Shown here piece by piece: positions 12,797 through 26,969 of a stretch of 64,000 nucleotides of DNA. The stretch is taken from positions 58,590,001-58,654,000 of the forward strand of contig OZ024740.1 of assembly GCA_964016885.1 (NCBI GenBank), given 5' to 3'. Source of the DNA: Eledone cirrhosa (lineage: Eukaryota). The first letter of the stretch is position 1. The number at the start of each line of letters is the position of its first letter. A model generated the notes under the pieces. It searched no databases and was not told the origin of the DNA. It was given only the letters and a program-made list of their open reading frames with translations. The position numbers and the translations under genes were made by a program.

Positions 12797-13768
12797 TTAA
12801 GCACTCTCATTTATGTATTTCCAGCAACATTTGAAATATCTTCACTTTTGGGCTTTTGGGGTTTTTGTGTCCCTTTTATTCTTGGATACTATACTATAAT
12901 ATATGTATAAATAGTGATTTAACATATTTGTCTTACATCAGCTATCAGAAAACTAATTGGAAGTACTGCCCTAACAATTTCAGTTTCAAATATAAAAGGT
13001 TTTTGACGGGGTCCAATGTATTGTGTAATATATAAATTATATGTTAGTGAGATACAAAAATTGTTAAGCCTCAGGAAAATGCATATATATATATATATCA
13101 CCATCATCATCATTATATCTACACACATACATGTATGTTACAGCTGAAATATGCACTATGTACATTGAAAATTCCACAGTTACAAGAAGCTAGAAACTGG
13201 CGACTATGTAATAATCTAATAGTTTGTTGGAAGTATGAAATTAATGTTGCAGTTGTCTTCATAATGAATTGTGAGGAATGAATTCATGTAACTATTTTGT
13301 GAACAAAAAATGGATATTTCTGCATATCCTTGTTGTTGTTTTTATGCCTATTTTTCCATCTCTCCATTTGTCTCTCCTTTGTCATCTCCTTTGTAATGTA
13401 TAGTTTCTTGAGATCACTTTTTATCATACCGGTCTATGTCTTTTTTGGTTTTCCTCTTCCTTGGTTTCCTTCTACTTGGAACTTCTGACGCTTCTCCACC
13501 CGATGATCATCATCCATATACATTACATGTCATTACTAGCATAATCTATTAATCTGTATGTTTAATGTGATATGTTGTAATAAAATAAGGAACCTATTGT
13601 GATTGTTAGAGAATCCAAGCAAACCACAAGTATTGAGTAGGCATGCTAGCAGGGAAGATAGACATTAAACGATGATGATGATGATAAACTGGTAAATAGA
13701 CTGGGTGTTGGAAATAGTGTTTGTAAAGGTACTGGGTATTACAAATAGTGTTGGCCTCTGGTAAGGGG

Positions 13769-16700
13769 ACTGGGTATTAGAGGTATTGTTTACCTCTGGT
13801 AATGTGACTGGGTATTAGAGGTATTGTTTACCTCTGGTAATGTAACTGGGTATTAGAGGTATTGTTTACCTCTGGTAATGTGACTGGGTATTAGAAGTAT
13901 TGTTTACCTCTGGTAATGTGACTGGGTATTAGAAGTATTGTTTACCTCTGGTAATGTGACTGGGTATTAGAAGTATTGTTTACCTCTGGTAATGTGACTG
14001 GGTATTAGAGGTATTGTTTACCTCTGGTAATGTGACTGGGTATTAGAAGTATTGTTTACCTCTGGTAATGTAACTGGGTATTAGAAGTATTGTTTACCTC
14101 TGGTAATGTGACTGGGTATTAGAAGTATTGTTTACCTCTGGTAATGTGACTGGGTATTAGAAGTATTGTTTACCTCTGGTAATGTGACTGGGTATTAGAA
14201 GTATTGTTTACCTCTGGTAATGTAACTGGGTATTAGAAGTATTGTTTACCTCTGGTAATGTGACTGGGTATTAGAAGTATTGTTTACCTCTGGTAATGTA
14301 ACTGGGTATTAGAAGTATTGTTTACCTCTGGTAATGTAACTGGGTATTAGAGGTATTGTTTACCTCTGGTAATGTAACTGGGTATTAGAGGTATGGTTTA
14401 CCTCTGGTAATGTAACTGGGTATTAGAGGTATTGTTTACCTCTGGTAATGTAACTGGGTATTAGAGGTATTGTTTACCTCTGGTAATGTAACTGGGTATT
14501 AGAGGCATTGTTTACCTCTGGTAATGTAACTGGGTATTAGAGGTATTGTTTACCTCTGGTAATGTAACTGGGTATTAGAGGTATTGTTTACCTCTGGTAA
14601 TGTAACTGGCTATTAGAAGTATTGTTTACCTCTGGTAATGTAACTGGGTATTAGAGGTATTGTTTACCTCTGGTAATGTAACTGGGTATTAGAGGTATTG
14701 TTTACCTCTGGTAATGTAACTGGGTATTAGAGGTATTGTTTACCTCTGGTAATGTAACTGGGTATTAGAGGTATTGTTTACCTCTGGTAATGTAACTGGG
14801 TATTAGAGGTATTGTTTACCTCTGGTAATGTAACTGGGTATTAGAGGTATTGTTTACCTCTGGTAATGTAACTGGCTATTAGAAGTATTGTTTACCTCTG
14901 GTAATGTAACTGGGTATTAGAGGTATTGTTTACCTCTGGTAATGTAACTGGGTATTAGAGGTATTGTTTACCTCTGGTAATGTAACTGGGTATTAGAGGT
15001 ATTGTTTACCTCTGGTAATGTAACTGGGTATTAGAGGTATTGTTTACCTCTGGTAATGTAACTGGGTATTAGAGGTATTGTTTACCTCTGGTAATGTAAC
15101 TGGGTATTAGAGGTATTGTTTACCTCTGGTAATGTAACTGGCTATTAGAAGTATTGTTTACCTCTGGTAATGTAACTGGGTATTAGAGGTATTGTTTACC
15201 TCTGGTAATGTAACTGGGTATTAGAGGTATTGTTTACCTCTGGTAATGTAACTGGGTATTAGAGGTATTGTTTACCTCTGGTAATGTAACTGGGTATTAG
15301 AGGTATTGTTTACCTCTGGTAATGTAACTGGGTATTAGAGGTATTGTTTACCTCTGGTAATGTAACTGGGTATTAGAGGTATTGTTTACCTCTGGTAATG
15401 TGACTGGCTATTAGAAGTATTGTTTACCTCTTGTAATGTGACTGGGTATTAGAGGTATTGTTTACCTCTGGTAATGTGACTGGGTATTAGAGGTATTGTT
15501 TACCTCTGGTAATGTGACTGGCTATTAGAAGTATTGTTTACCTCTTGTAATGTAACTGGCTATTAGAAGTATTGTTTACCTCTGGTAATGTAACTGGGTA
15601 TTAGAAGTATGGTTTACCTCTGGTAATGTAACTGGCTATTAGAAGTATTGTTTACCTCTGGTAATGTAACTGGGTATTAGAAGTATTGTTTACCTCTGGT
15701 AATGTAACTGGGTATTAGAAGTATTGTTTACCTCTGGTAATGTAACTGGGTATTAGAAGTATTGGTTACCTCTGTTAATGTAACTGGGTATTAGAGGTAT
15801 TGTTTACCTCTGGTAATGTAACTGGGTATTAGAGGTATTGTTTACCTCTGGTAATGTAACTGGGTATTAGAGATATTGTTTACCTCTGGTAATGTAACTG
15901 GCTATTAGAAGTATTGTTTACCTCTGGTAATGTAACTGGCTATTAGAAGTATTGTTTACCTCTGGTAATGTAACTGGCTATTAGAAGTATTGTTTACCTC
16001 TGGTAATGTAACTGGCTATTAGAAGTATTGTTTACCTCTGGTAATGTAACTGGGTATTAGAAGTATTGTTTACCTCTGGTAATGTAACTGGGTATTAGAG
16101 GTATTGTTTACCTCTGGTAATGTAACTGGCTATTAGAAGTATTGTTTACCTCTGGTAATGTAACTGGGTATTAGAGATATTGTTTACCTCTGGTAATGTG
16201 ACTGGGTATTAGAAGTATTGGTTACCTCTGTTAATGTAACTGGGTATTAGAGGTATTGTTTACCTCTGGTAATGTAACTGGGTATTAGAGGTATTGTTTA
16301 CCTCTGGTAATGTAACTGGGTATTAGAGGTATTGTTTACCTCTGGTAATGTGACTGGGTATTAGAAGTATTGTTTACCTCTGTTAATGTGACTGGCTATT
16401 AGAAGTATTGTTTACCTCTGGTAATGTGACAGGGTAGTAGATGTATTGTTTACCTCTGGTAATGTGACAGGGTATTAGAGGTATTGTTTACCTCTGGTAA
16501 TGTGACTGGGTATTAGAAGTATTGGTTACCTCTGGTAATGTAACTGGGTATTAGAGATATTGTTTACCTCTGGTAATGTAACTGGGTATTAGAAGTATTG
16601 TTTACCTCTGGTAATGTGACTGGGTATTAGAGGTATTGTTTACCTCTGTTAATGTGACTGGGTATTAGAGGTATTGTTTACCTCTGGTAATGTGACTGGG

Positions 16701-19700
16701 TATTAGAAGTATTGTTTACCTCTGTTAATGTGACTGGGTATTAGAAGTATTGTTTACCTCTGGTAATGTGACTGGGTATTAGAAGTATTGTTTACCTCTG
16801 TTAATGTGACTGGGTATTAGAGGTATTGTTTACCTCTGTTAATGTGACTGGGTATTAGAAGTATTGTTTACCTCTGTTAATGTGACTGGGTATTAGAAGT
16901 ATTGTTTACCTCTTGTAATGTGACTGGGTATTAGATGTATTGTTTACCTCTGGTAATGTAACTGGGTATTAGAAGTATTGTTTACCTCTGTTAAAGTAAC
17001 TGGATATTAGCAGTATTGTTTACCTCTGGTAACGTGACTGGGTATTAGAGGTATTGTTTACCTCTGGTAATGTGACTGGGTATTATTGTTTACCTCTGTT
17101 AATGTAACTGGGTATTAGAGGTATTGTTTACCTCTGGTAATGTAACTGGGTATTAGCAGTATTGTTTACCTCTGGTAATGTGACTGGGTATTAGAAGTAT
17201 TGTTTACCTCTGTTAATGTGACTGGGTATTAGAAGTATTGTTTACCTCTGTTAATGTAACTGGATATTAGCAGTATTGTTTACCTCTGGTAATGTGACTG
17301 GGTATTAGAAGCATTGTTTACCTCTGGTAATGTGACTGGGTATTAGAATTATTGTTTACCTCTGTTAATGTAACTGGGTATTAGAGGTATTGTTTACCTC
17401 TGGTAATGTAACTGGCTATTAGAAGTATTGTTTACCTCTGGTAATGTGACTGGGTATTAGATGTATTGTTTACCTCTGGTAATGTGACTGGGTATTAGAA
17501 GTATTGGTTACCTCTGGTAATGTAACTGGGTATTAGAGATATTGTTTACCTCTGGTAATGTAACTGGGTATTAGAAGTATTGTTTACCTCTGGTAATGTA
17601 ACTGGGTATTAGAAGTATTGTTTACCTCTGGTAATGTGACTGGGTATTAGAGGTATTGTTTACCTCTGTTAATGTGACTGGGTATTAGAAGTATTGTTTA
17701 CCTCTGGTAATGTAACTGGCTATTAGAAGTATTGTTTACCTCTGGTAATGTAACTGGGTATTAGAAGTATTGTTTACCTCTGGTAATGTGACTGGGTATT
17801 AGAAGTATTGTTTACCTCTGGTAATGTAACTGGGTATTAGAAGTATTGTTTACCTCTGGTAATGTGACTGGGTATTAGAAGTATTGTTTACCTCTGGTAA
17901 TGTAACTGGCTATTAGAAGTATTGTTTACCTCTGTTAATGTGACTGGGTATTAGAAGTATTGTTTACCTCTGGTAATGTAACTGGCTATTAGAAGTATTG
18001 TTTACCTCTGGTAATGTGACTGGGTATTAGAAGTATTGTTTACCTCTGTTAATGTAACTGGGTATTAGAAGTATTGTTTACCTCTGGTAATGTAACTGGC
18101 TATTAGAAGTATTGTTTACCTCTGGTAATGTAACTGGCTATTAGAAGTATTATTTACCTCTGGTAATGTAACTGGCTAGTAGAAGTATTGTTTACCTCTG
18201 TTAATGTAACTGGGTATTAGAAGTATTGTTCACCTCTGGTAATGTGACTGGGTATTAGAAGTATTGTTTACCTCTGTTAATGTGACTGGCTAGTAGAAGT
18301 ATTGTTTACCTCTGTTAATGTAACTGGGTATTAGAAGTATTGTTCACCTCTGGTAATGTGACTGGGTATTAGAAGTATTGTTTACCTCTGTTAATGTGAC
18401 TGGGTATTAGAAGTATTGGTTACCTCTGTTAATGTGACTGGGTATTAGAAGTATTGTTTACCTCTGGTAATGTGACTGGGTATTAGAAATATTGGTTACC
18501 TCTGTTAATGTAACTGGGTATTAGAGGTATTGGTTACCTCTGGTAATGTAACTGGGTATTAGAGGTATTGTTTACCTCTGGTAATGTAACTGGCTATTAG
18601 AAGTATTGTTTACCTCTGGTAATGTGACTGGATATTAGATGTATTGTTTACCTCTGGTAATGTAACTGGGTATTAGAAGTATTGTTTACCTCTGGTAATG
18701 TAACTGGGTATTAGAGGTATTGTTTACCTCTGGTAATGTAATTGGGTATTAGAAGTATTGTTTACCTCTGGTAATGTGACTGGGTATTAGAGGTATTGTT
18801 TACCTCTGGTAATGTAACTGGGTATTAGAGGTATTGTTTACCTCTGGTAATGTAACTGGGTATTAGATGTATTGTTTACCTCTGGTAATGTAACTGGGTA
18901 TTAGAAGTATTGTTTACCTCTGGTAATGTAACTGGGTATTAGAGGTATTGTTTACCTCTGGTAATGTAACTGGGTATTAGAGGTATTGTTTACCTCTGGT
19001 AATGTAACTGGGTATTAGAGGTATTGTTTACCTCTGGTAATGTGACTGGGTATTTGATGTATTGTTTACCTCTGGTAATGTGACAGGGTATTAGAGGTAT
19101 TGTTTACCTCTGGTAATGTGACTGGGTATTAGAAGTATTGGTTACCTCTGGTAATGTAACTGGGTATTAGAGATATTGTTTACCTCTGGTAATGTAACTG
19201 GGTATTAGAAGTATTGTTTACCTCTGGTAATGTAACTGGGTATTAGAAGTATTGTTTACCTCTGGTAATGTGACTGGGTATTAGAGGTATTGTTTACCTC
19301 TGTTAATGTGACTGGGTATTAGAGGTATTGTTTACCTCTGGTAATGTGACTGGGTATTAGAAGTATTGTTTACCTCTGTTAATGTGACTGGGTATTAGAG
19401 GTATTGGTTACCTCTGGTAATGTAACTGGGTATTAGAGGTATTGTTTACCTCTGTTAATGTGACTGGGTATTAGAAGTATTGTTTACCTCTGTTAATGTG
19501 ACAGGGTATTAGAGGTATTGTTTACCTCTGGTAATGTAACTGGGTATTAGAAGTATTGTTTACCTCTGGTAATGTGACTGGGTATTAGAAGTATTGTTTA
19601 CCTCTGTTAATGTGACTGGGTATGAGAGGTATTGTTTACCTCTGTTAATGTGACTGGGTATTAGAGGTATTGGTTACCTCTGGTAATGTAACTGGGTATT

Positions 19701-21942
19701 AGAAGTATTGTTTACCTCTGGTAATGTAACTGGGTATTAGAAGTATTGTTTACCTCTGTTAATGTGACTGGGTATTAGAAGTATTGTTTACCTCTGTTAA
19801 TGTGACTGGGTATGAGAGGTATTGTTTACCTCTGGTAATGTAACTGGGTATTAGAAGTATTGTTTACCTCTGGTAATGTGACTGGGTATTAGAAGTATTG
19901 TTTACCTCTGTTAATGTGACTGGGTATTAGAAGTATTGTTTACCTCTGTTAATGTGACTGGGTATTAGAGGTATTGGTTACCTCTGGTAATGTAACTGGG
20001 TATTAGAAGTATTGTTTACCTCTGGTAATGTGACTGGGTATTAGAAGTATTGTTTACCTCTGTTAATGTGACTGGGTATTAGAAGTATTGTTTACCTCTG
20101 GTAATGTAACTGGGTATTAGAGGTATTGTTTACCTCTGGTTATGTAACTGGGTATTAGAAGTATTGTTTACCTCTGGTAATGTAACTGGGTATTAGAGGT
20201 ATTGTTTACCTCTGGTTATGTAACTGGGTATTAGAAGTATTGTTTACCTCTGGTAATGTAACTGGGTATTAGAAGTATTGTTTACCTCTGGTAATGTGAC
20301 TGGGTATTAGAAGTATTGTTTACCTCTGGTAATGTGACTGGGTATTAGAAGTATTGTTTACCTCTGTTAAAGTAACTGGGTATTAGAAGTATTGTTTACC
20401 TCTGGTAATGTGACTGGGTATTAGAAGTATTGTTTACCTCTGGTAATGTAACTGGGTATTAGAAGTATTGTTTACCTCTGGTAATGTGACTGGGTATTAG
20501 AAGTATTGTTTACCTCTGGTAATGTGACTGGGTATTAGAAGTATTGTTTACCTCTGTTAAAGTAACTGGGTATTAGAAGTATTGTTTACCTCTGGTAATG
20601 TGACTGGGTATTAGAAGTATTGTTTACCTCTGGTAATGTAACTGGGTATTAGAAGTATTGTTTACCTCTGGTAATGTGACTGGGTATTAGAAGTATTGTT
20701 TACCTCTGGTAATGTGACTGGGTATTAGAAGTATTGTTTACCTCTGTTAAAGTAACTGGGTATTAGAAGTATTGTTTACCTCTGGTAATGTAACTGGGTA
20801 TTAGAAGTATTGTTTACCTCTGGTAATGTGACTGGGTATTAGAAGTATGTTTACCTCTGGTAATGTAACTGGCTATTAGATGTATTGTTTACCTCTGGTA
20901 ATGTAATTGGGTATTAGAAGTATTGTTTACCTCTGGTAATGTAACTGGGTATTATTGTTTACCTCTGTTAATGTAACTGGGTATTAGAGGTATTGTTTAC
21001 CTCTGGTAATGTGACTGGGTATTAGAAGTATTGTTTACCTCTGGTAATGTAACTGGGTATTATTGTTTACCTCTGTTAATGTAACTGGGTATTAGAGGTA
21101 TTGTTTACCTCTGGTAATGTGACTGGGTATTAGAGGTATTGTTTACCTCTGGTAACGTAACTGGCTATTAGAAGTATTGTTTACCTCTGGTAATGTAACT
21201 GGGTATTAGAAGTATGTTTACCTCTGGTAATGTAACTGGCTATTAGATGTATTGTTTACCTCTGGTAATGTAATTGGGTATTAGAAGTATTGTTTACCTC
21301 TGGTAATGTAACTGGGTATTAGAGGTATTGTTTACCTCTGGTAATGTGACTGGGTATTAGAAGTATTGTTTACCTCTGGTAATGTAACTGGGTATTAGAG
21401 GTAATGTTTACCTCTGGTAATGTGACTGGGTATTAGAGGTATTGTTTACCTCTGTTAATGTAACTGGGTATTAGAGGTATTGGTTACCTCTGGTAATGTG
21501 ACGGTATTAGAAGTATTGTTTACCTCTGGTAATGTAACTGGGTATTAGAGGTAATGTTTACCTCTGGTAATGTAACTGGGTATTAGAAGTATTGTTTACC
21601 TCTGTTAATGTAACTGGGTATTAGAAGTATTGTTTACCTCTGTTAATGTAACTGGGTATTAGAGATATTGTTTACCTCTGGTAATGTAACTGGCTATTAG
21701 AAGTATTGTTTACCTCTGGTAATGTAACTGGGTATTAGAAGTATTGTTTACCTCTGGTAATGTAACTGGCTATTAGAAGTATTGTTTACCTCTGTTAATG
21801 TAACTGGGTATTAGAGGTATTGGTTACCTCTGGTAATGTGACTGGGTATTAGAAGTATTGTTTACCTCTGGTAATGTAACTGGGTATTAGAGATATTGGT
21901 TACCTCTGGTAATGTGACTGGGTATTAGAAGTATTGTTTACC
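13769..21942. repeat. 38-bp minisatellite, roughly 215 units (consensus ACTGGGTATTAGA(G/A)GTATTGTTTACCTCTG(G/T)TAATGT(A/G))
   Basis: Directly visible tandem array. No ORF is called in any frame. Degenerate lead-in units at ~13690-13768. Confidence 0.99.
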
Positions 21943-22497
21943 CATCTAGAATGTTGATGTAATTTTACTTAATAAATGTGTATTTTATGGAAATATTCCA
22001 TGATATGTTAGTAACAAATACACCGTACACAATAAACTAACGAATACTTGGAATGGTAATTGAATCAAAGCTTAAGCCATTAACCTTTCCGGTCCTGACC
22101 TTAACTGCATGACTGACTCATCCTGATATTCAAGTTCTGCTGCATTATCATCACTATTGTTTAAACTAATGCCATTATTGTACTGTAAGCTTCCTCCATT
22201 GTCATTTCTATCACTTCCATTTTCTGTATCAAATTGAAACACCCCTATCTTCCTCACAACTATTCATCACTATAGCCACACGTTTTCAACTGACAAATTG
22301 TATTTTTGTGCTACTCTGATGGTAATAACATGAGAAAATTCATTTAGAAAACCAATGAAGCCAATAAAATGTACAGAAAAATTTGGTGAAATGTAAACAA
22401 AACAATCTCTGCACTATACATATTGTCAGAATGTCGATAGAGCAGTGTGGCGTCTGGTGCTTTTGTTTCTTCAATATCAATGCCCTAATTAGGATTT

Positions 22498-22529
22498 TTT
22501 TGTTTGTTTGTTTGTTTGTTTGTTTGTTT
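22498..22529. repeat. (TTTG)n microsatellite
   Basis: Direct reading. Confidence 0.85.
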
Positions 22530-24369
22530 AGAAGTGATAAGACCTTATTGAAATATTGTGAAAATAGAGAACTATTGTGCACCCACCCTTATATAATAGG
22601 TCATGATATAAGAGTATAGAAATATATGCTAGCAGTAAGTTTTTATATTAAGGTATCCCCATATGTGTATTCCAAAATTGACTCCTATATACCATTTCTC
22701 ATGTTGAAAGGATGAAATTTCACTGATAAAAATATTTTGCTCAATAGGATTGATAAGGATAAATTTTAATGTAAGGAAAATGGTTATTGCAATTTTCAGT
22801 ATGAAAATCATAATCAAATCATTAAATAACAATTTTTCAATTGATAAAAAATATGGACTGTTGTATTAAATTATTAAAGATTAATATTAAAGGAAAATTT
22901 ATGAAGTGAGAGTTTTTACATTGACTGAAAAATCAGAGAAAATGAATAGTTGGCTGTATACTTCCTTAAGTTTTAGCAATAACAATGGTGCTGTAACAGA
23001 ATGTGTATTTATTGATATTGAAGAAGATAGCATATTTGAACAACTCTAATAGTAATGATAAATCCAACACAAATGATATGTTACCCACTAGTGACAGTAA
23101 AATTACAGTTCATGTAGGTTATAGTGTGTGAACAACTTACAAAGTGACATCATATACACAATCTACAACTAGTTGATAGAACATATGTCTTTAATGTAAA
23201 CACATCTTCTTGAATCAGTCATTTCTTTGAGCAAAGAAACCATAAAGTAAATCCTTGCTATCATAAGTGACATAACCAGCTCTGTATATTTCCAAGTTGT
23301 GTGTCTGATATTCTGGGAATTAAGAAGTTTCATTTTCTTTAATAGGTAGTATCATAAACATAATTTAATTGGAACTTTGCAGATAAGTTGAAATGTTAAG
23401 TCTTTTTTCCTATTTGTATTGGTTTCATTTGGAGACAGGTCTGTGCATGGCCTTTGTGGGCTTTCCAGGGCTGGTGAGATTTTGATGCAGTTAACAATCC
23501 TCTTGATCAAGGCAATGGTTCCATGAAAAATATGAGCAGAGTAGGAATTCTACAAGGCTAACAATCTTGAGAGGAAGAACTAGGTGAAGTGTTTGGTATA
23601 TATAAATGACTTATAGAGCAATTACTAATTAGATGTAATTGTCAGTTGAAGAATGCCAATGAGAAGATAGTCAGAAAGACTATACAGAAAGGTATACAAC
23701 ATTGTTGTTTTTCTCTAGGTCAGCCATAATCGAGCACACCTATAATTAAAGGCATTCCAGCCATGACTATCCTATCTTTTTAGAGCAATTCTATACATAC
23801 ATTATCTTCCTTGTTTAAGATAAGGAGGTTTGATTTGGGGAGTGATTTGACTACTGTTTCTAGTATGTAAAACTATGTCTCAAGGGTACAAAGAATTGTA
23901 AAGATTATTTAAATGTTATTTCATTAGCATTCATAAATTTGTGGCTCAACAAGTATCATCCAAACGCACCAGCACCATGCTTTAACAAGCCTTCTTAATT
24001 ATGAAATCAACTTTAAAATTTTTTTAACTTTTGATTTCATTCATTAGGCAACTGCAGTATTTTTCTTTTCATATACGAGGTTAAATGTTGTTTACTACTA
24101 TAAGAGTGAATGTTGTTTACTACAAATTTGCAATGAAACAAACAATGCACTGAAATAAAATTGTAATAAAAAAAAAAGCAGATTTTTACAAAGTTGCATA
24201 CTTTAATAATATGAATAACCCTTCTGTGAAGAGTTTTGAAAGATTTACTAATTATTATTCCGTTACTAAGATACTAACTTAACATATAGTTTTTATATGA
24301 AATTATATTGGAAGATTTTAATTTAAATGGTATGGTTCGGTAACTCCTGTTAGAGTTGTTGGGACATTG

Positions 24370-24535
24370 TAGTGGCGTGTGGCATTTCTTGAGCATTTTC
24401 TTAAAGCCTGGTGGAGCTCATTTCTCTCCAGGTCTGAACACAGCAGTTTTCTTCCAGAAAAGTATCGAAAGTGAAAGAGAGGAAGTAAGAAAGAGATACA
24501 GAGGAAGAATCGACTGTCAGTGCTAGACTGGTAGT
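24370..24535 (-). mobile_element. SINE-associated dispersed repeat (related copies ~37600-37775 and ~57640-57945)
   Basis: Shared TCTCCAGGTCTGAA...GAGATA(C/T)AGAGGAAGAATC...GACTGGTA. At ~57.8 kb it runs into a MetaSINE-like core. Confidence 0.65.
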
Positions 24536-24539
24536 TTAC

Positions 24540-24740
24540 TTGATATTTACAATTGTATTTTCATGGTAAGCACATCACCTCACATAATTATTTCACATAA
24601 TAGCGAATCTATGAGATTTTGATATTATTTATTTGGAGAACAATGCTTTAACATCAGTATGAGTGGCCAGTTACAGCTGGTTTGAACAGAAAGAAGTGAG
24701 AGAATTCTGGTCGGATACAGCTGGTTTAAATGCTAAAGGG
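24540..24740. mobile_element. piggyBac-type MITE copy, left end decayed
   Basis: Homologous to 12589-12796; ends TTTAAATGCTAAAGGG|TTAA. Confidence 0.75.
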
Positions 24741-25294
24741 TTAAATAAGAACCCTTTAAAATGGGTAGTATGGTTTCATGCAACCATATCCAAGTTGGTA
24801 TCGAAAGGGTTAATGTACAGTTGCTGCTCTCTCTGACAATCTAAAATAGTTGTCAGATTATTTTAGTGCCATATAATATATTAGGTTCTTCAGGAATTAA
24901 TGCCGTTTTTATGTTTGTTATTTGTTTCAACATTTTTAAGAATAAGATCATGCAAGGTGTCTAAAATTATGTATTTTATTATGCTCTTTCATTCTCTATA
25001 ATCCAGTTTTAAAATAAATTGGATTTATGTAAAACCTGGATGTTCACTAAATTTATTTCTCTGAGTTAAAACTTGACTGCAGTGCAGTACAAACAGCTGG
25101 AAGCATCGATGAAGTTTTGAGCTAAGGCAATATTAATGAATGCGCACAGTGCAACATTGCTGTTGGTACCAAAAGGGTTAAACTGCTGTAAGTCAGTGAC
25201 TACACCAAACACATGTTCAGAGAGCCAATATTCTAGGAAGAAAGGATTGGAAATATAGTGTAATGCAGGGCCTGCAGGATATTTGACACAATAA

Positions 25295-25466
25295 TTATTG
25301 TTTCTACTTTTGGCACAAGGCCAGCAATTATCCCAGTGCATTACTGGTGCTTTATTTATCGACCCCGTAAGGATGAAAAGCAAAATTAACCTCGGCAGAA
25401 TTTGAACTCAGACCATAAAGGGGCATAACTCTATGCTGTAAAGCATGGGGTCCGACCTTCTACCAA
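25295..25466 (-). mobile_element. tRNA-derived SINE (MetaSINE-like)
   Basis: Reverse complement of the 8783-8970 SINE. Confidence 0.8.
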
Positions 25467-25992
25467 TAATTATGATGATAGGAGAGGTGAGTGAGCCAAG
25501 TCGCCGAATTGAGGTGGCACAAGATTGGCCAGATCCAAGGAGTAAAGGCCATTATAGTAGTGATAAAAATGAGAAAAGAACATAAGACATCTATGGTCCA
25601 GAGACTGAAGTGTATTTGTGAATGACTTAATACCAAATAGCTTTCTCTCAATGTGGTGTAATTAGAGTGATATTTTCTAACATTTCATCTTGTAGACTCT
25701 TAGTAGGCTATATATTTTCCAACTAACTGATTTTAGATTAAGACTGAAATAGTTTCTGAAGAGAAAACAAAACAGAACAAAGAATTGATGTATTTGTAGA
25801 TTAGAAGCAATAAGAGCAATGCTTTTAGAATACTTGAGTTTTGAGCTCAAACCTTTGAGAAGTAGTTTTATTTTTACAGTCAGCTTCATTGTCCTTAAAT
25901 CATACCAACCTAACCATTTTAACAACTGCCTCTCCATGCTCTGAGCTTTGATGGGTTTCGGGTGTAACAAATCAGCACTCACCTTAACCCTT

Positions 25993-26475
25993 GCAGAACT
26001 CTAGAAGTCGATGGAAGCCTTGGAGTGGGGAGACCCAAGAAGACCTGGGATGAGGTGATAAAAGCCGATCTTACCCAATTGCACCTCTCAAAGGCGATAA
26101 CACAGGACCTTGACCTCTGGCATCACGCAATAATACAGAAGACCCAACTTCCCATGGTACAAGCCGAAGCTGAAGCATATAGACAATATGCCCCACATCC
26201 CCTTCCATTGCAAAGTGGTCATGGATGTGTCACAACAAAAAGGCACCCAGCCCACACTGTAAAGTGGTTGTGTAGGCACCATGGAAAAAAAGCACCCAGC
26301 ACTCATTGTAAATGAGGTTGGAGTTAGGAAGGACATCCAGCTATAGAAATCAAGCCAAAATCAGTTCCCGTATGAGCAAGACAAGGTCACCCGACCTGGC
26401 ACTGCCCACAACAGGACAACCCATCTAACCCATGCTAGCATGGAAGAATGGATGTAAAACAGTGATGCTGATGAT
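25993..26475 (+). mobile_element. RTE LINE 3' fragment
   Basis: GRPKKTWDEVIKADLTQLHL; 3' UTR and GATG tail match 9520-9990. Confidence 0.9.
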
Positions 26476-26598
26476 GTATCTGGCCAGAATTCTCTCACCT
26501 CTTTCTGTCAAATCAGCCATAACCGGCCACTTATACTGACATTAAGGTATTGTTCTCAAAATAGTTAATCTCATCAAAATCTAGTGTATTCCACATTA

Positions 26599-26937
26599 TC
26601 TATATATATAAAACTGATGTTGTCTGTGTGTGTGTCCTCATTTTTGCAAAGTCTATACAAATCCACATTTCTACTCCGATTGACTTCAAACTTGCATTTA
26701 TATATTCCTTGCAGTTTAAAGATACTAACTGCCACTTTTATTTTTCAATTTTCTGCTGTTAAAGGGGTGTTAGGCGCCAGTTATCGATCGCCATCGAGCC
26801 CTTATAATATCTGTCTGTATGTCTGGCTGTCTGCATAACGACATTCTGACGAACACGTCATAGGTGACATATTATCTTCACTACATTCACACACACACAC
26901 ACATACATATATACACACACACACATACATATATACT

Positions 26938-26969
<32 letters not shown>

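Noticed and set aside
13769-21942. CRISPR-like array (38-bp palindromic repeats)
   Set aside because: Units are head-to-tail with no unique spacers, there are no cas genes, and the context is eukaryotic.
22072-22257. 61-aa acidic ORF on the minus strand
   Set aside because: No recognisable domain or splice support. It may be a decayed DNA-transposon remnant (nearby TTAACC end) but cannot be supported.
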